From positions 11,629,074 through 11,693,073 of the forward strand of contig CAJINV010000003.1 of the NCBI GenBank assembly GCA_905178155.1: a DNA stretch of 64,000 nt. Direction: 5' to 3'. The notes beneath the pieces are model-generated. The model worked only from the letters and a program-made list of their open reading frames with translations, was not told where the DNA came from and ran no database searches. A program made the position numbers and the translations under genes. This document shows, piece after piece, positions 35,340-48,144 of this stretch; within the stretch, counting starts at the first letter, position 1; each line of letters starts with the position of its first letter. The stretch is from Amoebophrya sp. A120. Taxonomy: Eukaryota; Protista; Dinoflagellata.

Positions 35340-37270
35340 TTTTATTTTAATTGCACACAAAAGACAATTGCGTGCTCGCTTCAATGATAAAGAGCGCGAA
35401 AACAAAATACTTATTTCTTTTTTACGTAAACTCAATGTTTTTTTTTGGACGTTTTGCTTTAAAGCAAACTCAACGATAGAGAGTGGGAAAATATTTCCTT
35501 GGACGTTTTTGCGTAAAAAGGCTTTTGCGCTTTTTGATTTTTTCAAAATAAATGGAGCTTGTGTTTTCTGATGCGAAGATTAGTTTTGAGCGAGCTTCTC
35601 TACTGTACTTTTTTGGACGAAGTAGCAAATTAATCTGTGGAGCCGTGACGTTTCAATTATTGTGATCGCCGACACGTCCGTGCTTTCTTTCTTTCCGTGC
35701 CTGGGCATGGCGTCAAAAGATCAAGGACCCAAAAGATCCGCTGTGTTTCCATTTTCATCATTTCTCTCTCCGGTTGATTCTGCGACGACTCTGACCCTAG
35801 AAAATCTGTTGTAACCTACAAAAATGCGCTGCGATCACTGATTTCGTCTAACCGAGTATTTATTTTCATTTTCATTTTCAGCATCGGTATTTATTGTATT
35901 CTAAATCGATTTTCCATTCCAATGAACAGGAGCCAGAGAGGAACGCCACTAAAACTCCCTCAAGTTGCACAAGTGGCTTGGTCCCTTTTTACACCCCATA
36001 GTATGCATCAAGGCCAATCATAGGCACTCCAGAGAGCAGAGAGGTCGTTGAGAGTCGTAGTTGGTTGCATTTCTAGAGCAATTTGAAATTCGATTTCTGG
36101 TGACTCATTAGTTTGGTACTACTCGTCACTGGTTCTTATACAAAATATCCGTGTCGATTCCGTCGTAGCAGTTCGGCAATTATCACCGCTGCGCGCTTTA
36201 TTCTCTCATTTCAATTTGCGGTGTTGACCTCACTACATATCACCTAGGCGCTCATACATTCTTTTTTTTTTTATTTTTTCACTTAATCCTGCAATTTGTT
36301 CCAAAATATAGAGTGGGTTCGCATTCTGTTTAGTCTCTCCTCTGTTCCTTGAAGAGTCTACATCAACATCACCACACACGCCTTTCGGTTGGTTTTCATT
36401 ATACACGGCTTTCAGTTTTACCATTCATCATACACTTGGAAAAGTTTCTGCTAGTACTGGTGCACGGTTTCTACAAACTACAACAACTACGCTTGGTGTA
36501 AAGATCAACCACAACTCTGCCTCTGTCTATCGATAAATTCTTTTTTTTTGGGGAAAAAAAAATTCCTCAAAAACATAGGGTGACGGTGAATGTTTGTGTT
36601 TCAAAAAATCAATTGTGCGCTCGCTTGCTTCTTCGGGCGAGCGAGTACCAGTTTACCTTGCTATCTATGTTCTTGAGTGTAAGCAGTTGACGACCAGTGT
36701 CTCAACCGGTCGCCATCGTGAACTGAAGAAACACTGCTAGTTTTAGCTGTGAACCAACAGTCACGGGGAGTTACCAGAGGGAAGGCCAGCCGGGGCTCGC
36801 AATCGTCCTTGGTTTCAGTATCAAAATACTCTTGACAATTGCAAGAATATTTTATTGTCCTTGTTTCAAGAAAAATCGCAATTGTCTCTGTTTCAAAAAT
36901 CAATTGTGTGCTCGCCTCTTCAGGCGAGCGCGTAACTGTTTGTCATACTAAGTAAGTATGTTCCTGTTTGTGAATAGCTGGCAACTAGTGTCGCAACAAG
37001 TCGCCACCGGAGCCTGACGAAACGCCGCCCGTTTTAGTAGTGAACGGCCAAGCTCGGGGAGTTGCCGGGAGAAGGACTGCCGAAGCTTTCCCTCAGCCCT
37101 GGCTTCAGACTGGAGCAAAACTACCTCCTCTTCCGTAATGCTCCCGTCAACCTCCGCACAACCACAAGGCCCAAAACAAGCCGCCTCTACCAGGTCCAAA
37201 ACAAGGTACAAAACAAGGTCCAAAACTGTTTCAAAAATCAAAATGCGAACCCGCATGCAGCACGTTCGCT

Positions 37271-39031
37271 CTAGAAAAAGCTGAGCGAACGCAAAGGGAC
37301 AGACCCAGCCCGGTGATGTTCAGCTTCCACACGTTGGAAAGGAACTTCGAAGACTTCGAAGTCCATCTCTTTGATGTCAACTCTCAGAAGGCGAGGCGCC
37401 GACTCGACAAAGTCCACCAAAAAGCTCCACTCCCATGTTGAGCGGCAAGAAATAGGCGGGAAGGTATTGTAATGATCCGCTTCGGAAATCGCATCGGTAT
37501 ACTTCCTTTGGAACTCGTAGTCGACAGTCCAACTGATTTTTTTCTTCATCGCCGTACTTGTGCCATTCGAGGAACCTTCGTGGACATCGTCCACACGCAT
37601 CCCTCGAGGTCCAGCGCCAACCTTGATTGCGGCTTCTATGTCGGTATCGGGCCTGTCGAGGATCGCCTTCCAATAGATATCGCTGTATGATCGCGCAAGA
37701 AATGAGACTCTCTTACCCTCTCTCGACTGTCGAATGTTCTGGGGCAGCAAGTCCTTTCTAGACAGAGGCCCACGAGTTCTGGACCATATATCACATAACG
37801 AGAACGGAACGTCGTCCCGCAGAAAGCCCTGTTCGTCACGAAACCACCACGGAGGCATTTCGATTGTGCGAACCCCATTGCGGGGGCAACGGCCGGCTTG
37901 TGCGTGCCCAAAATCGGGTTTTTCCTCGATGATGCGTTGCAGTGTCGGGAAATGGAAAGATTTAACTAAGTCGCCAACTGCCTTCCATAACTTTCGAGCC
38001 TCTTCCTGGAGAATGAATCGCCTGTCCAGCGGCGCGATATCAAAAATCCCGATCTGGATCGCCTCGTCCGGCGGCGGCAACCTGTTGAACAGGGGCTGTT
38101 GTTTAAGACCTTGTAGTTGCCTCATTTGCGGACCGAACCAAAACGACTTCAAAGAGACTGCACCATCGGAATTATTGTCCCAACAGTCGGCGAGTTTCTG
38201 CTCGAAGGCGTTAAACACGCGCTCGTCCTCAAGTTCGCGTTTTGCCTTTGCATTCCACCGTTCTGCATTTGCATTCCACCGGTCAACAGCCTCACCAAAC
38301 CTGCTAGCAGCGCTAGCAACGCTTTCAGCAGCGCGCGAGAGAAGTCCATTCGTCTCCGAAACTGGACGTGCAGACGCCCTACCTGCTGCACTGTGGTGGT
38401 TAATACCTGTTTCCAAGTCGACGAATTCGTCCTCCCTGGAGGGAGACGGCTGGCGCACCGCAACCACGCGCACGGCTCCCGCGGAGCCGCGCCCCGGCCC
38501 CCCCAGCCCCACACGAGCTCGAGACCCAGACGAAGCCGGTAGCGGCAGTGAATCACCACCATGGCCGTCAGACGGCTGGTGGTGCACCGCAACCACGCGC
38601 GCGGGTCCCGCGGAATGCCTCCCCACACGAGGCCCAGAAGCAGGGAAGCGTGACTTTTCCAACGCCGACCCGAAAAGCGACGAACCCAACAGGATATCAA
38701 ATGCAAATGTGTCTGGGTCTGGAAAGTTGCAAGGTTTGTCATGCTAGGCTAGCAAGACTCTTAAGCCTGTCATGCACGTTGCCCGAAAGCCCTATTTTTC
38801 TGTGATGCAGAAAGGCAGTTTGTCATGTAGTATAGGCAACACTTAGAAGCTCAGAAACTTGTCATGCTGAGCCATCATTGGTGGCATCCAAGTGCTACGC
38901 CACTCAGCATTACAAGTTTCCAGACCCAGACATATTTGCATTTGATACAGGAACGACCACAACAAAACGCCACCGAAGACCGCTCCTCCCATTTTGCGGC
39001 TGGCTGTTTTCCGAAACTGCGGCGACGTCAT
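37271..39031 (-). CDS. Tandem-family putative secreted protein, copy 2 (500 aa)
   Basis: Exons 38953-39031 and 37271-38694 total 1503 nt in frame. Confidence 0.8.
38695..38947. mobile_element. Introner, family A (forward orientation, same site as 34994)
   Basis: TATCAAATGCAAATGTGTCTGGGTCTGGAA / TTCCAGACCCAGACATATTTGCATTTGATA; DR CAGGA. Confidence 0.92.
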
Positions 39032-39982
39032 TTTTATCTATTAATTGCACACAAAAGAAAAAAACTCAAACTCAACGATAAAGAGCGCGAAAAATATAAA
39101 TACTTGTTTCTTTTGGACGTTTTTGCGTAAAAAGGCTTCTCCTTTTGCTCTTTGGTTTTTTCAAAAATGGAGCTTGTGTTGTCTGATGCGAAGATTAGTT
39201 TTGAGCGAGCTTCTCTACTGTACCTTTTTGGACGAAGTAGCAAATTAATCTGTGGAGACGTGACGTTTCATTCATTGCGATCGCCGACACGTCCGCGCCT
39301 TCTTTCTTTCTTTCCGTGCCTGGGCATGGTGTCAAAAGATCAAGGCCCTAAAAGATCCGCTGTGTTTCCATTTTCATCATTTCTCTCTCCGGTAGATCCT
39401 GCGACGACTCTGAACCCAAAAATGTGCAGTGATCATTGATTTCGTCCAACGGAGTACAAGTTTTTATTATGTTTTTATTTTCAGCATCGATAGTCATATT
39501 TATAAATCGACTTTCCATTCCAATGAACAGGAGCCACAGAGGAACGCCACTACAGCTTCCTCAAGTTGCACAAGTGGCTTGGTCCCTTTTTACACCCCAT
39601 AGTATGCATCAAGGCCAATCATACGCACTCCAGAGAGCAGAGAGGTCGTTGAGAGTCGTAGTTGGTTGCATTTCTAGAGCAATTTGAAATTCGATTTCTG
39701 GTGACTCATTAGTTTGGTACTACTCGTCACTGTTTCCTATACAAAATATCCGTGTCGATTCCGTCGTAGCAGTTCGGCAATTATCACCGCTCCACGCTTT
39801 ATTCTTTCATTTCAATTTGCGATGTGCAAAATTTGCATTTCGACTTGCATTTGTTGATTGAGTCTTAATTATTTCTCTTGTGAGTTACAGTGTGGTCCTG
39901 AAGCCAATGTCCACAAGCAGCTTCAGAAGCACTACGTGTAATTGGTGTAAAATTTTTCGATGCTATTGATTCTTCATATCCT

Positions 39983-41030
39983 CTACTTCACAGCAGGGCC
40001 AGGAGTATAAATAAACAAGTACAAAAAAAAGCTCGCAGTGTGCTGTTCCAAGCAAACCTCTTTTTCCCGTGTGCTATTGTGGTCGGTCTGTCGTCCCGTA
40101 TAACGTGAGCAGGTTCGACACGTCCTTTTGCAAGATTCCGAATTTCGTCTTCTATCGCCGGGGAAAATCTTCAACATCGCTTTCGTATACAGAACATCTT
40201 TTTCCAAGTTCTTCTATCAAGATCACCCTTCCCCCTCCCAATACGCAGCGGGGCATGATCTTGATCCGCCCCGGTATCCTAACACTGTCAGTGATCTTAC
40301 GGTTATGCATACAAAACAGAATGAATGCCAGAGCGACGCACAAGCGATGTGAAAAAGACATTTTCTCTAGCCGTATCTTCTGTTGTGTGTCCAAGAAGCC
40401 CAGCACCATTTTCTGCTCCTGCGCAAACTCGCCAAACTCTCCGCGGACACCCTCTAGCGAGGTCCACAGGTCCCGAATCTAGTTTGTTGGTTATTCTTAA
40501 ACAGCACTTCGTACATATCATGCGCACAAAACAACCAGGAATTGCGCCCATAGGCGTACCTGTGGTCCCAACGGCGCATGTGAACAAAAAGACCTTGGTC
40601 TGCATGCAAGAAAAGAATCACGAAATAATAAATTCCATTTATACTTGTTTTTTATTCGCGTTGGTTGACTGTTCGGTCTCCGCCGCCTTTTGGTTTACAA
40701 CTTGCTGTGGCTCCATGGCGTCGAGCAAAACTTTCACGTCGCCGGCCACTTCTTTTATCCTGGTCGAAAGGTAGGTTTCCAGCTGTTTGTAGTCCTGCCG
40801 GCGCAAGTCCCCCTCCTCTTCCAGCCTGCTCTGCCAGGACCGCTCCGCCCGCTCTATCCAGTCGCCCTTTTCGTTCAGCTCCGACTGGAAAAAGTCCACC
40901 TGCTTCTTCATCTGGTCGGAAGATGTGAAGTTGTCAGAGACAAATTTCTGCATGTAGTCCTGTTGGTCCTTCATCTTGCGCTCCCTGTTTTATTTTGAGA
41001 AAATTTTGAATTTCCTCAAAGTACTTGTTC
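39983..41030 (-). pseudogene. Duplicated 3' fragment of the coiled-coil gene
   Basis: Near-identical to 52244-53291. Identity ends at GTACTTGTTC (41030), inside an intron, and the upstream exons are absent. Confidence 0.75.
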
Positions 41031-42340
41031 ACCTCTGGCCACTTGAAAACTGCCGGTCGTTTTGGATAAGACATGTCAAAAAGATCGCTAGATTAGAACG
41101 TTCGTGACCTCACTACATACTACGGAGACTTTAGTTTGCTAGAACAAGAATCAGCAAGCACATCCATCAAGCTGCAGTTTGCTACAAATCCGATTGTTCC
41201 AGTGAACACGAGCCAAACAAGAAACACGCCACTCATGACGCACATGACCTCACTACAGGTCACCTAATCGCACATACATTCTCTTTTTTTCATTTTTTCA
41301 ATTAATCCTACAATTTGTTCCAAAATATGGAGTGTGTTTGCATTCTGTTTAGTCTCTCCTCTGTTTCTTGAAGAGTCTACATCAACATCAGCACACACAC
41401 CTTTCAGTTGTTTTTCATTATACACGGCTTTCAGTTTTACCATTCATCATACACTTGGTAAAGTTTCTGCTAGTACTGGTGCACAGTTTCTACAAAAGAG
41501 GCGCGAAAGCGGAACTACAACAACTACGTTTAATGTGAAGATCGCCCACAACTTTGTCTCTCTCCACCGATAAAGTCTTTTTTTGGGTAAAAAAAAATTC
41601 CTCCAAAACATACATAGGGTGACGGTGAATGTTTGTGTTTCAAAAAAAAAAATTTGCGCTCGCTTGCTTCTTCGGGCGAGCGAGAACAACCAGGTTACCT
41701 TACATCTATGTTCCTGAGTGTAAGTAGTTGACGACCAGTGTCTCAACCGGTCGCCACCGTGAACTGAAGAAACACTGCTAGTTTTAGCTATGAACCAACA
41801 GTCACGGGGAGTTACCAGAGGGAAAGCAAGCCGGGGCTTGCAATCGTCCCTGGTTTCACTATCAAAATACTCTTGACACTTGCAAGAATATTTTGATACT
41901 GAAACCAGGGACAATTGTCCCTGTTTCAAGAAAAATCGCAATTGTCTCTGTTTCAAAAATCAGTTGTGTGCTCTCCTCTTCAGGCGAGCGCGTAACTGTT
42001 TGTCATACTAAGTATGTTCCTGTTTGTGAATAGCTGGCAACTAGTGTCGCAACCAGTCGCCACCAGAGCCTGACGAAACACCGCCCGTTTTAGTAGTGAA
42101 CGGCCAAGCTCGGGGAGTTGCCGGGGAGAAGGACTGCCGAAGCCCTTCCCTCAGCCCTGGCTTCAGACTGAAGCAAAACTACCTCCTCTTCCGTAATGCT
42201 CCCGTCAACCTCCGCACAACCACAAGGTCCAAAACAAGCCGCCTCTACACGGTCCAAAACAAGGTCCAAAACAAGGTTCAAAACAAAGTTCAAAACTGTT
42301 TCAAAAGGCCAAATACGAACCCGCCTGCAGCACGGTCGCT

Positions 42341-44280
42341 CTAGAAAAGGCGGAGCGAACGCAAAGGGACAGGTCCAGCGTCGCGACGTTCAACTTCGAG
42401 GCCTTGGTGAGGACGTTCAATTTCGTAGGCCTTGAAGTCCAACTCTTCGATGTCAACTCTCAGAAGGCGAGGCGCCGACTCGACAAAGTCCACAAAAAAG
42501 CTCCACTTCCATTGCGAAAAGTAGGAAATAGGCGGAGAGATCTGGCAATGGGTTGTATACCCCCACCGGAAGTCGTAGTCGACAGTCCAACTGATTTTCT
42601 TCACCGCCGTACTTGTGCCATTCGAGGAATCTTCGTAGTAGATATCGTCCACACGCATCCCTTGAGGTCCAACCTTGATTGCGGCTTCTCTGTTTGCATC
42701 AGCCCTGTCCGACACGTCTGCTGCAAACAGAATAGGATCCTCTTCTTTGTCTTTGTCTTTGTCTAGGATCGCATCCCAATAAGTGTCGTTGTAATTTCGC
42801 TCAAGATATGGGACGAACTTACCCTCTGTCGACTGTCGAATGTTCTGGGGCAGCAACCTCTTGTCAGCCAGAGGCCCAGAATCTCTGCTCCATGTCCGAG
42901 ACATGAGCAGCTTGCTCCATGTCCGAGACTCGTCACGAAACGGCAACTCTACGTGGCTGCGATCCCCACCTCGGGGGCGTAGGCCGGCAGCACTGGCTTT
43001 CCCTTCGATGATGTCTCGCAGTCTCGGGAAATGGAAAGATTTGACTAAGTCGCCAACTGCCTCCCACAACTTTCGAACCTCTTCCTGGGGGGCGATATAA
43101 ATCCCAATCTGGATCGCCTCCTCCGGCGGCGGCAACTTGTTGAACAGGGAGGCTCTATTATGCGGACCGAACCAAAACGACTTCAAAGAGACTGCACCAT
43201 CGGAATTATTGTCCCAACAGTCGGCGAGTTTCTGCTCGAAGTCGTTAAACTCGCGCAGGTCCTCTATTTCCTGGTCGTCACTTAAATTGAACCGGTCAAC
43301 AGCCTCACCAACCCTGCTAGCAGCGCTAACAGCGCGCCTTCCAACAGCCTTACCAAGAGTGAGAGCAGCGCTAGCAGCGCTTCCAGCAGCGCGCGAGAGA
43401 AGTCCATTCCTCTCCGAAACTCGACTTGCAGACGCCCTATCTGCTGCATTGTGGTTACTACCCAGTTCCAAGTCGACGAATCCGTCCCCGGGGGAAGACG
43501 GCTGGCGCACCGCAACCAAGCGCGCGTGTCCCGCGGAGCGCCCCCCCACACGACGAGGCCCAGGAGATGAGTATCAAAATGAAAAATCCCCCCTCCCCAT
43601 ACCAAAACGGAGATTTGTGTAGCATGATTTGCTACCACAAATCATGTTGTCATGCTAGAAAGCAAAAGATGCGGACTGTAGTGCTGGCTGGCGTGGGAAA
43701 ACCTCGCATCTTCAGCATCACAGGAGGCCACTGTAAGTGGGAAACAGCATGACAAATCGCCTGCAATTTAGGCCGCAACTGCGTCTCTTGGCCTTCTAGC
43801 AATACAAGTCGACTTGTGTACGCAAATCCAGCATCACAAATGTCCTTTTCAATATGGGGAGGGAAGTTTTTTCCTCACGATAATGAGACGCGTGACTTTT
43901 CCAACGCCGACCCGAAAAGCGACGAGCCCAACAGGATATGGATTGCAAACATGTCTGGGTCTGGACTCTTGTAATGCTAAAAGTGAATGATAGACGCACT
44001 GCAATACGCAGCTATACATGACAAATTTTTTGGCTTCCATGGCTTACGTATTCCGCATGGCAAGCTGCGCTTTTGCATGACAGGTAATAGGGCCTTTTCG
44101 TGCCTGTGCAACACAGATGCTCGAGTCATGCTCATGCCAGACAAGCATGACAAACTTGCACTCTTCCTGACCCAGACATTTTTGCATTTGATACAGGAAC
44201 GACCACAACATCAAAACTCCGCCGAAGACCGCTCCTCCCATTTTGCGGCTGGCAGTTTTCCGAAACTGAGGCGACGTCAT
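42341..44280 (-). CDS. Tandem-family putative secreted protein, copy 3 (453 aa)
   Basis: Exons 44199-44280, 43888-43936, 42341-43571 total 1362 nt in frame. Confidence 0.8.
43572..43882. mobile_element. Introner, family C (copy 3 only)
   Basis: TATCAAAATGAAAAATCCCCCTCCCCATA / TATGGGGAGGGAAGTTTTTTCCTCACGATA; DR ATGAG; a single ATGAG at the empty site in copies 1 and 4. Confidence 0.92.
43937..44193. mobile_element. Introner, family A (reverse orientation)
   Basis: Homologue of 34994-35252; DR CAGGA. Confidence 0.92.
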
Positions 44281-46215
44281 TTTTATTTTAATTGCACACA
44301 AAAGACAATTGCGTGCTCGCTTCAATGATAAAGAGCGCGAAAACAAAATACTTATTTCTTTTTTACGTAAACTCAATGTTTTTTTTTGGACGTTTTGCTT
44401 TAAAGCAAACTCAACGATAGAGAGTGGGAAAATATTTCTTTGGACGTTTTTGCGTAAAAAGGCTTTTGCGCTTTTTGATTTTTTCAAAATAAATGGAGCT
44501 TGTGTTTTCTGATGCGAAGATTAGTTTTGAGCGAGCTTCTCTACTGTACTTTTTTGGACGAAGTAGCAAATTAATCTGTGGAGCCGTGACGTTTCAATTA
44601 TTGTGATCGCCGACACGTCCGTGCTTTCTTTCTTTCTTTCCGTGCCTGGGCATGGCGTCAAAAGATCAAGGACCCAAAAGATCCGCTGTGTTTCCATTTT
44701 CATCATTTCTCTCTCCGGTTGATTCTGCGACGACTCTGACCCTAGAAAATCTGTTGTAACCTACAAAAATGCGCTGCGATCACTGATTTCGTCTAACCGA
44801 GTATTTATTTTCATTTTCATTTTCAGCATCGGTATTTATTGTATTCTAAATCGATTTTCCATTCCAATGAACAGGAGCCAGAGAGGAACGCCACTAAAAC
44901 TCCCTCAAGTTGCACAAGTGGCTTGGTCCCTTTTTACACCCCATAGTATGCATCAAGGCCAATCATAGGCACTCCAGAGAGCAGAGAGGTCGTTGAGAGT
45001 CGTAGTTGGTTGCATTTCTAGAGCAATTTGAAATTCGATTTCTGGTGACTCATTAGTTTGGTACTACTCGTCACTGGTTCCTATACAAAATATCCGTGTC
45101 GATTCCGTCGTAGCAGTTCGGCAATTATCACCGCTGCACGCTTTATTCTTTCATTTCAATTTGCGGTGTTGACCTCACTACATATCACCTAGGCGCTCAT
45201 ACATTCTTTTTTTTTTTATTTTTTCACTTAATCCTGCAATTTGTTCCAAAATATAGAGTGGGTTCGCATTCTGTTTAGTCTCTCCTCTGTTCCTTGAAGA
45301 GTCTACATCAACATCACCACACACGCCTTTCGGTTGGTTTTCATTATACACGGCTTTCAGTTTTACCATTCATCATACACTTGGAAAAGTTTCTGCTAGT
45401 ACTGGTGCACGGTTTCTACAAACTACAACAACTACGCTTGGTGTAAAGATCAACCACAACTCTGCCTCTGTCTATCGATAAATTCTTTTTTTTTGGGGAA
45501 AAAAAAATTCCTCAAAAACATAGGGTGACGGTGAATGTTTGTGTTTCAAAAAATCAATTGTGCGCTCGCTTGCTTCTTCGGGCGAGCGAGTACCAGTTTA
45601 CCTTGCTATCTATGTTCTTGAGTGTAAGCAGTTGACGACCAGTGTCTCAACCGGTCGCCATCGTGAACTGAAGAAACACTGCTAGTTTTAGCTGTGAACC
45701 AACAGTCACGGGGAGTTACCAGAGGGAAGGCCAGCCGGGGCTCGCAATCGTCCTTGGTTTCAGTATCAAAATACTCTTGACAATTGCAAGAATATTTTAT
45801 TGTCCTTGTTTCAAGAAAAATCGCAATTGTCTCTGTTTCAAAAATCAATTGTGTGCTCGCCTCTTCAGGCGAGCGCGTAACTGTTTGTCATACTAAGTAA
45901 GTATGTTCCTGTTTGTGAATAGCTGGCAACTAGTGTCGCAACAAGTCGCCACCGGAGCCTGACGAAACGCCGCCCGTTTTAGTAGTGAACGGCCAAGCTC
46001 GGGGAGTTGCCGGGAGAAGGACTGCCGAAGCTTTCCCTCAGCCCTGGCTTCAGACTGGAGCAAAACTACCTCCTCTTCCGTAATGCTCCCGTCAACCTCC
46101 GCACAACCACAAGGCCCAAAACAAGCCGCCTCTACCAGGTCCAAAACAAGGTACAAAACAAGGTCCAAAACTGTTTCAAAAATCAAAATGCGAACCCGCA
46201 TGCAGCACGTTCGCT

Positions 46216-48144
46216 CTAGAAAAAGCTGAGCGAACGCAAAGGGACAGACCCAGCCCGGTGATGTTCAGCTTCCACACGTTGGAAAGGAACTTCGAAGACT
46301 TCGAAGTCCATCTCTTTGATGTCAACTCTCAGAAGGCGAGGCGCCGACTCGACAAAGTCCACCAAAAAGCTCCACTCCCATGTTGAGCGGCAAGAAATAG
46401 GCGGGAAGGTATTGTAATGATCCGCTTCGGAAATCGCATCGGTATACTTCCTTTGGAACTCGTAGTCGACAGTCCAACTGATTTTTTTCTTCATCGCCGT
46501 ACTTGTGCCATTCGAGGAACCTTCGTGGACATCGTCCACACGCATCCCTCGAGGTCCAGCGCCAACCTTGATTGCGGCTTCTATGTCGGTATCGGGCCTG
46601 TCGAGGATCGCCTTCCAATAGATATCGCTGTATGATCGCGCAAGAAATGAGACTCTCTTACCCTCTCTCGACTGTCGAATGTTCTGGGGCAGCAAGTCCT
46701 TTCTAGACAGAGGCCCACGAGTTCTGGACCATATATCACATAACGAGAACGGAACGTCGTCCCGCAGAAAGCCCTGTTCGTCACGAAACCACCACGGAGG
46801 CATTTCGATTGTGCGAACCCCATTGCGGGGGCAACGGCCGGCTTGTGCGTGCCCAAAATCGGGTTTTTCCTCGATGATGCGTTGCAGTGTCGGGAAATGG
46901 AAAGATTTAACTAAGTCGCCAACTGCCTTCCATAACTTTCGAGCCTCTTCCTGGAGAATGAATCGCCTGTCCAGCGGCGCGATATCAAAAATCCCGATCT
47001 GGATCGCCTCGTCCGGCGGCGGCAACCTGTTGAACAGGGGCTGTTGTTTAAGACCTTGTAGTTGCCTCATATGCGGACCGAACCAAAACGACTTCAAAGA
47101 GACTGCTCCATCGGAATTATTGTCCCAACAGTCGGCGAGTTTCTGCTCGAAGGCGTTAAACTCGCGCAGGTCCTCTATTTCCTGGTCGTCACTTAAATTG
47201 AACCGGTCAACAGCCTCACCAACCCTGCTAGCAGCGCTAAGAGCGCGCCTTCCAACAGCCTCACCAAGAGTGAGAGCAGCGCTAGCAGCGCTTCCAGCAG
47301 CGCGCAAGAGAAGTCCATTCCTCTCCGAAACTCGACTTGCAGACGCCCTACCTGCTGCACTGTGGAGGTTACCACCCAGTTCCAAGTCGACGAATCCGTC
47401 CTCCCTGGAAGAAGACGGCTGGCGCACCGCAGCGGAGCCGCGCCCCGGCCCCCCCAGCCCCACACGAGCTCGAGCACGAGACCCAGACGAAGCCGGTAGC
47501 GGCAGTGAATCACCACCATGGCCGTCAGACGGCTGGCGGTGCACCGCAACCACGTGCGCGCGTCCCGCGGAATGCCTCCCCACACGAGGCCCAGATGAGA
47601 CGCGTGTATGAACTGCAAAAGTATCGTACTCGTATAAATGCATTACAAATTTTCTCAGCATGAGAAATAAAATTTGTAATGCAGATTTACCTTAGCAAAA
47701 GGATTTGTAACGCATGATTGCAATACGAGTACGATACTTTTGCACAGGATAGTGTGACTTTTCCAACGCCGACCCGAAAAGCGACGAACCCAACAGGATA
47801 TGGATTGCAAATATGTCTGGGTCTGGAAACTTGTAATGCTAAAAGTGAATGATAGACGCACTGCAATACGCAGCTATGCATGTTGACAAATTTTTTGGCT
47901 TCCATGGCTTACGTATTCCGCATGGCATGGTAAGCTGCGCTTTTGCATGACAGGTAATAAGGCCTTTTCGTGCCTATGCAACACAGATGCTCGAGTCATG
48001 CCAGACAAGCATGACAAAATTGGATTCTTCCTGACCCAGACATTTTTGCATTTGATACAGGAACGACCACAACATCAAAACTCTGCCGAAGACCGCTCCT
48101 CCCATTTTGCGGCTGGCAGTTTTCCGAAACTGAGGCGACGTCAT
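46216..48144 (-). CDS. Tandem-family putative secreted protein, copy 4 (504 aa; chimera of copy 1 N-terminus and copy 2 C-terminus)
   Basis: Exons 48063-48144, 47757-47798, 46216-47606 total 1515 nt; the switch occurs at FWFGPH|MRQLQ. Confidence 0.8.
47607..47751. mobile_element. Introner, family E
   Basis: Duplicate of 34802-34946. Confidence 0.92.
47799..48057. mobile_element. Introner, family A
   Basis: Duplicate of 34994-35252; DR CAGGA. Confidence 0.92.
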
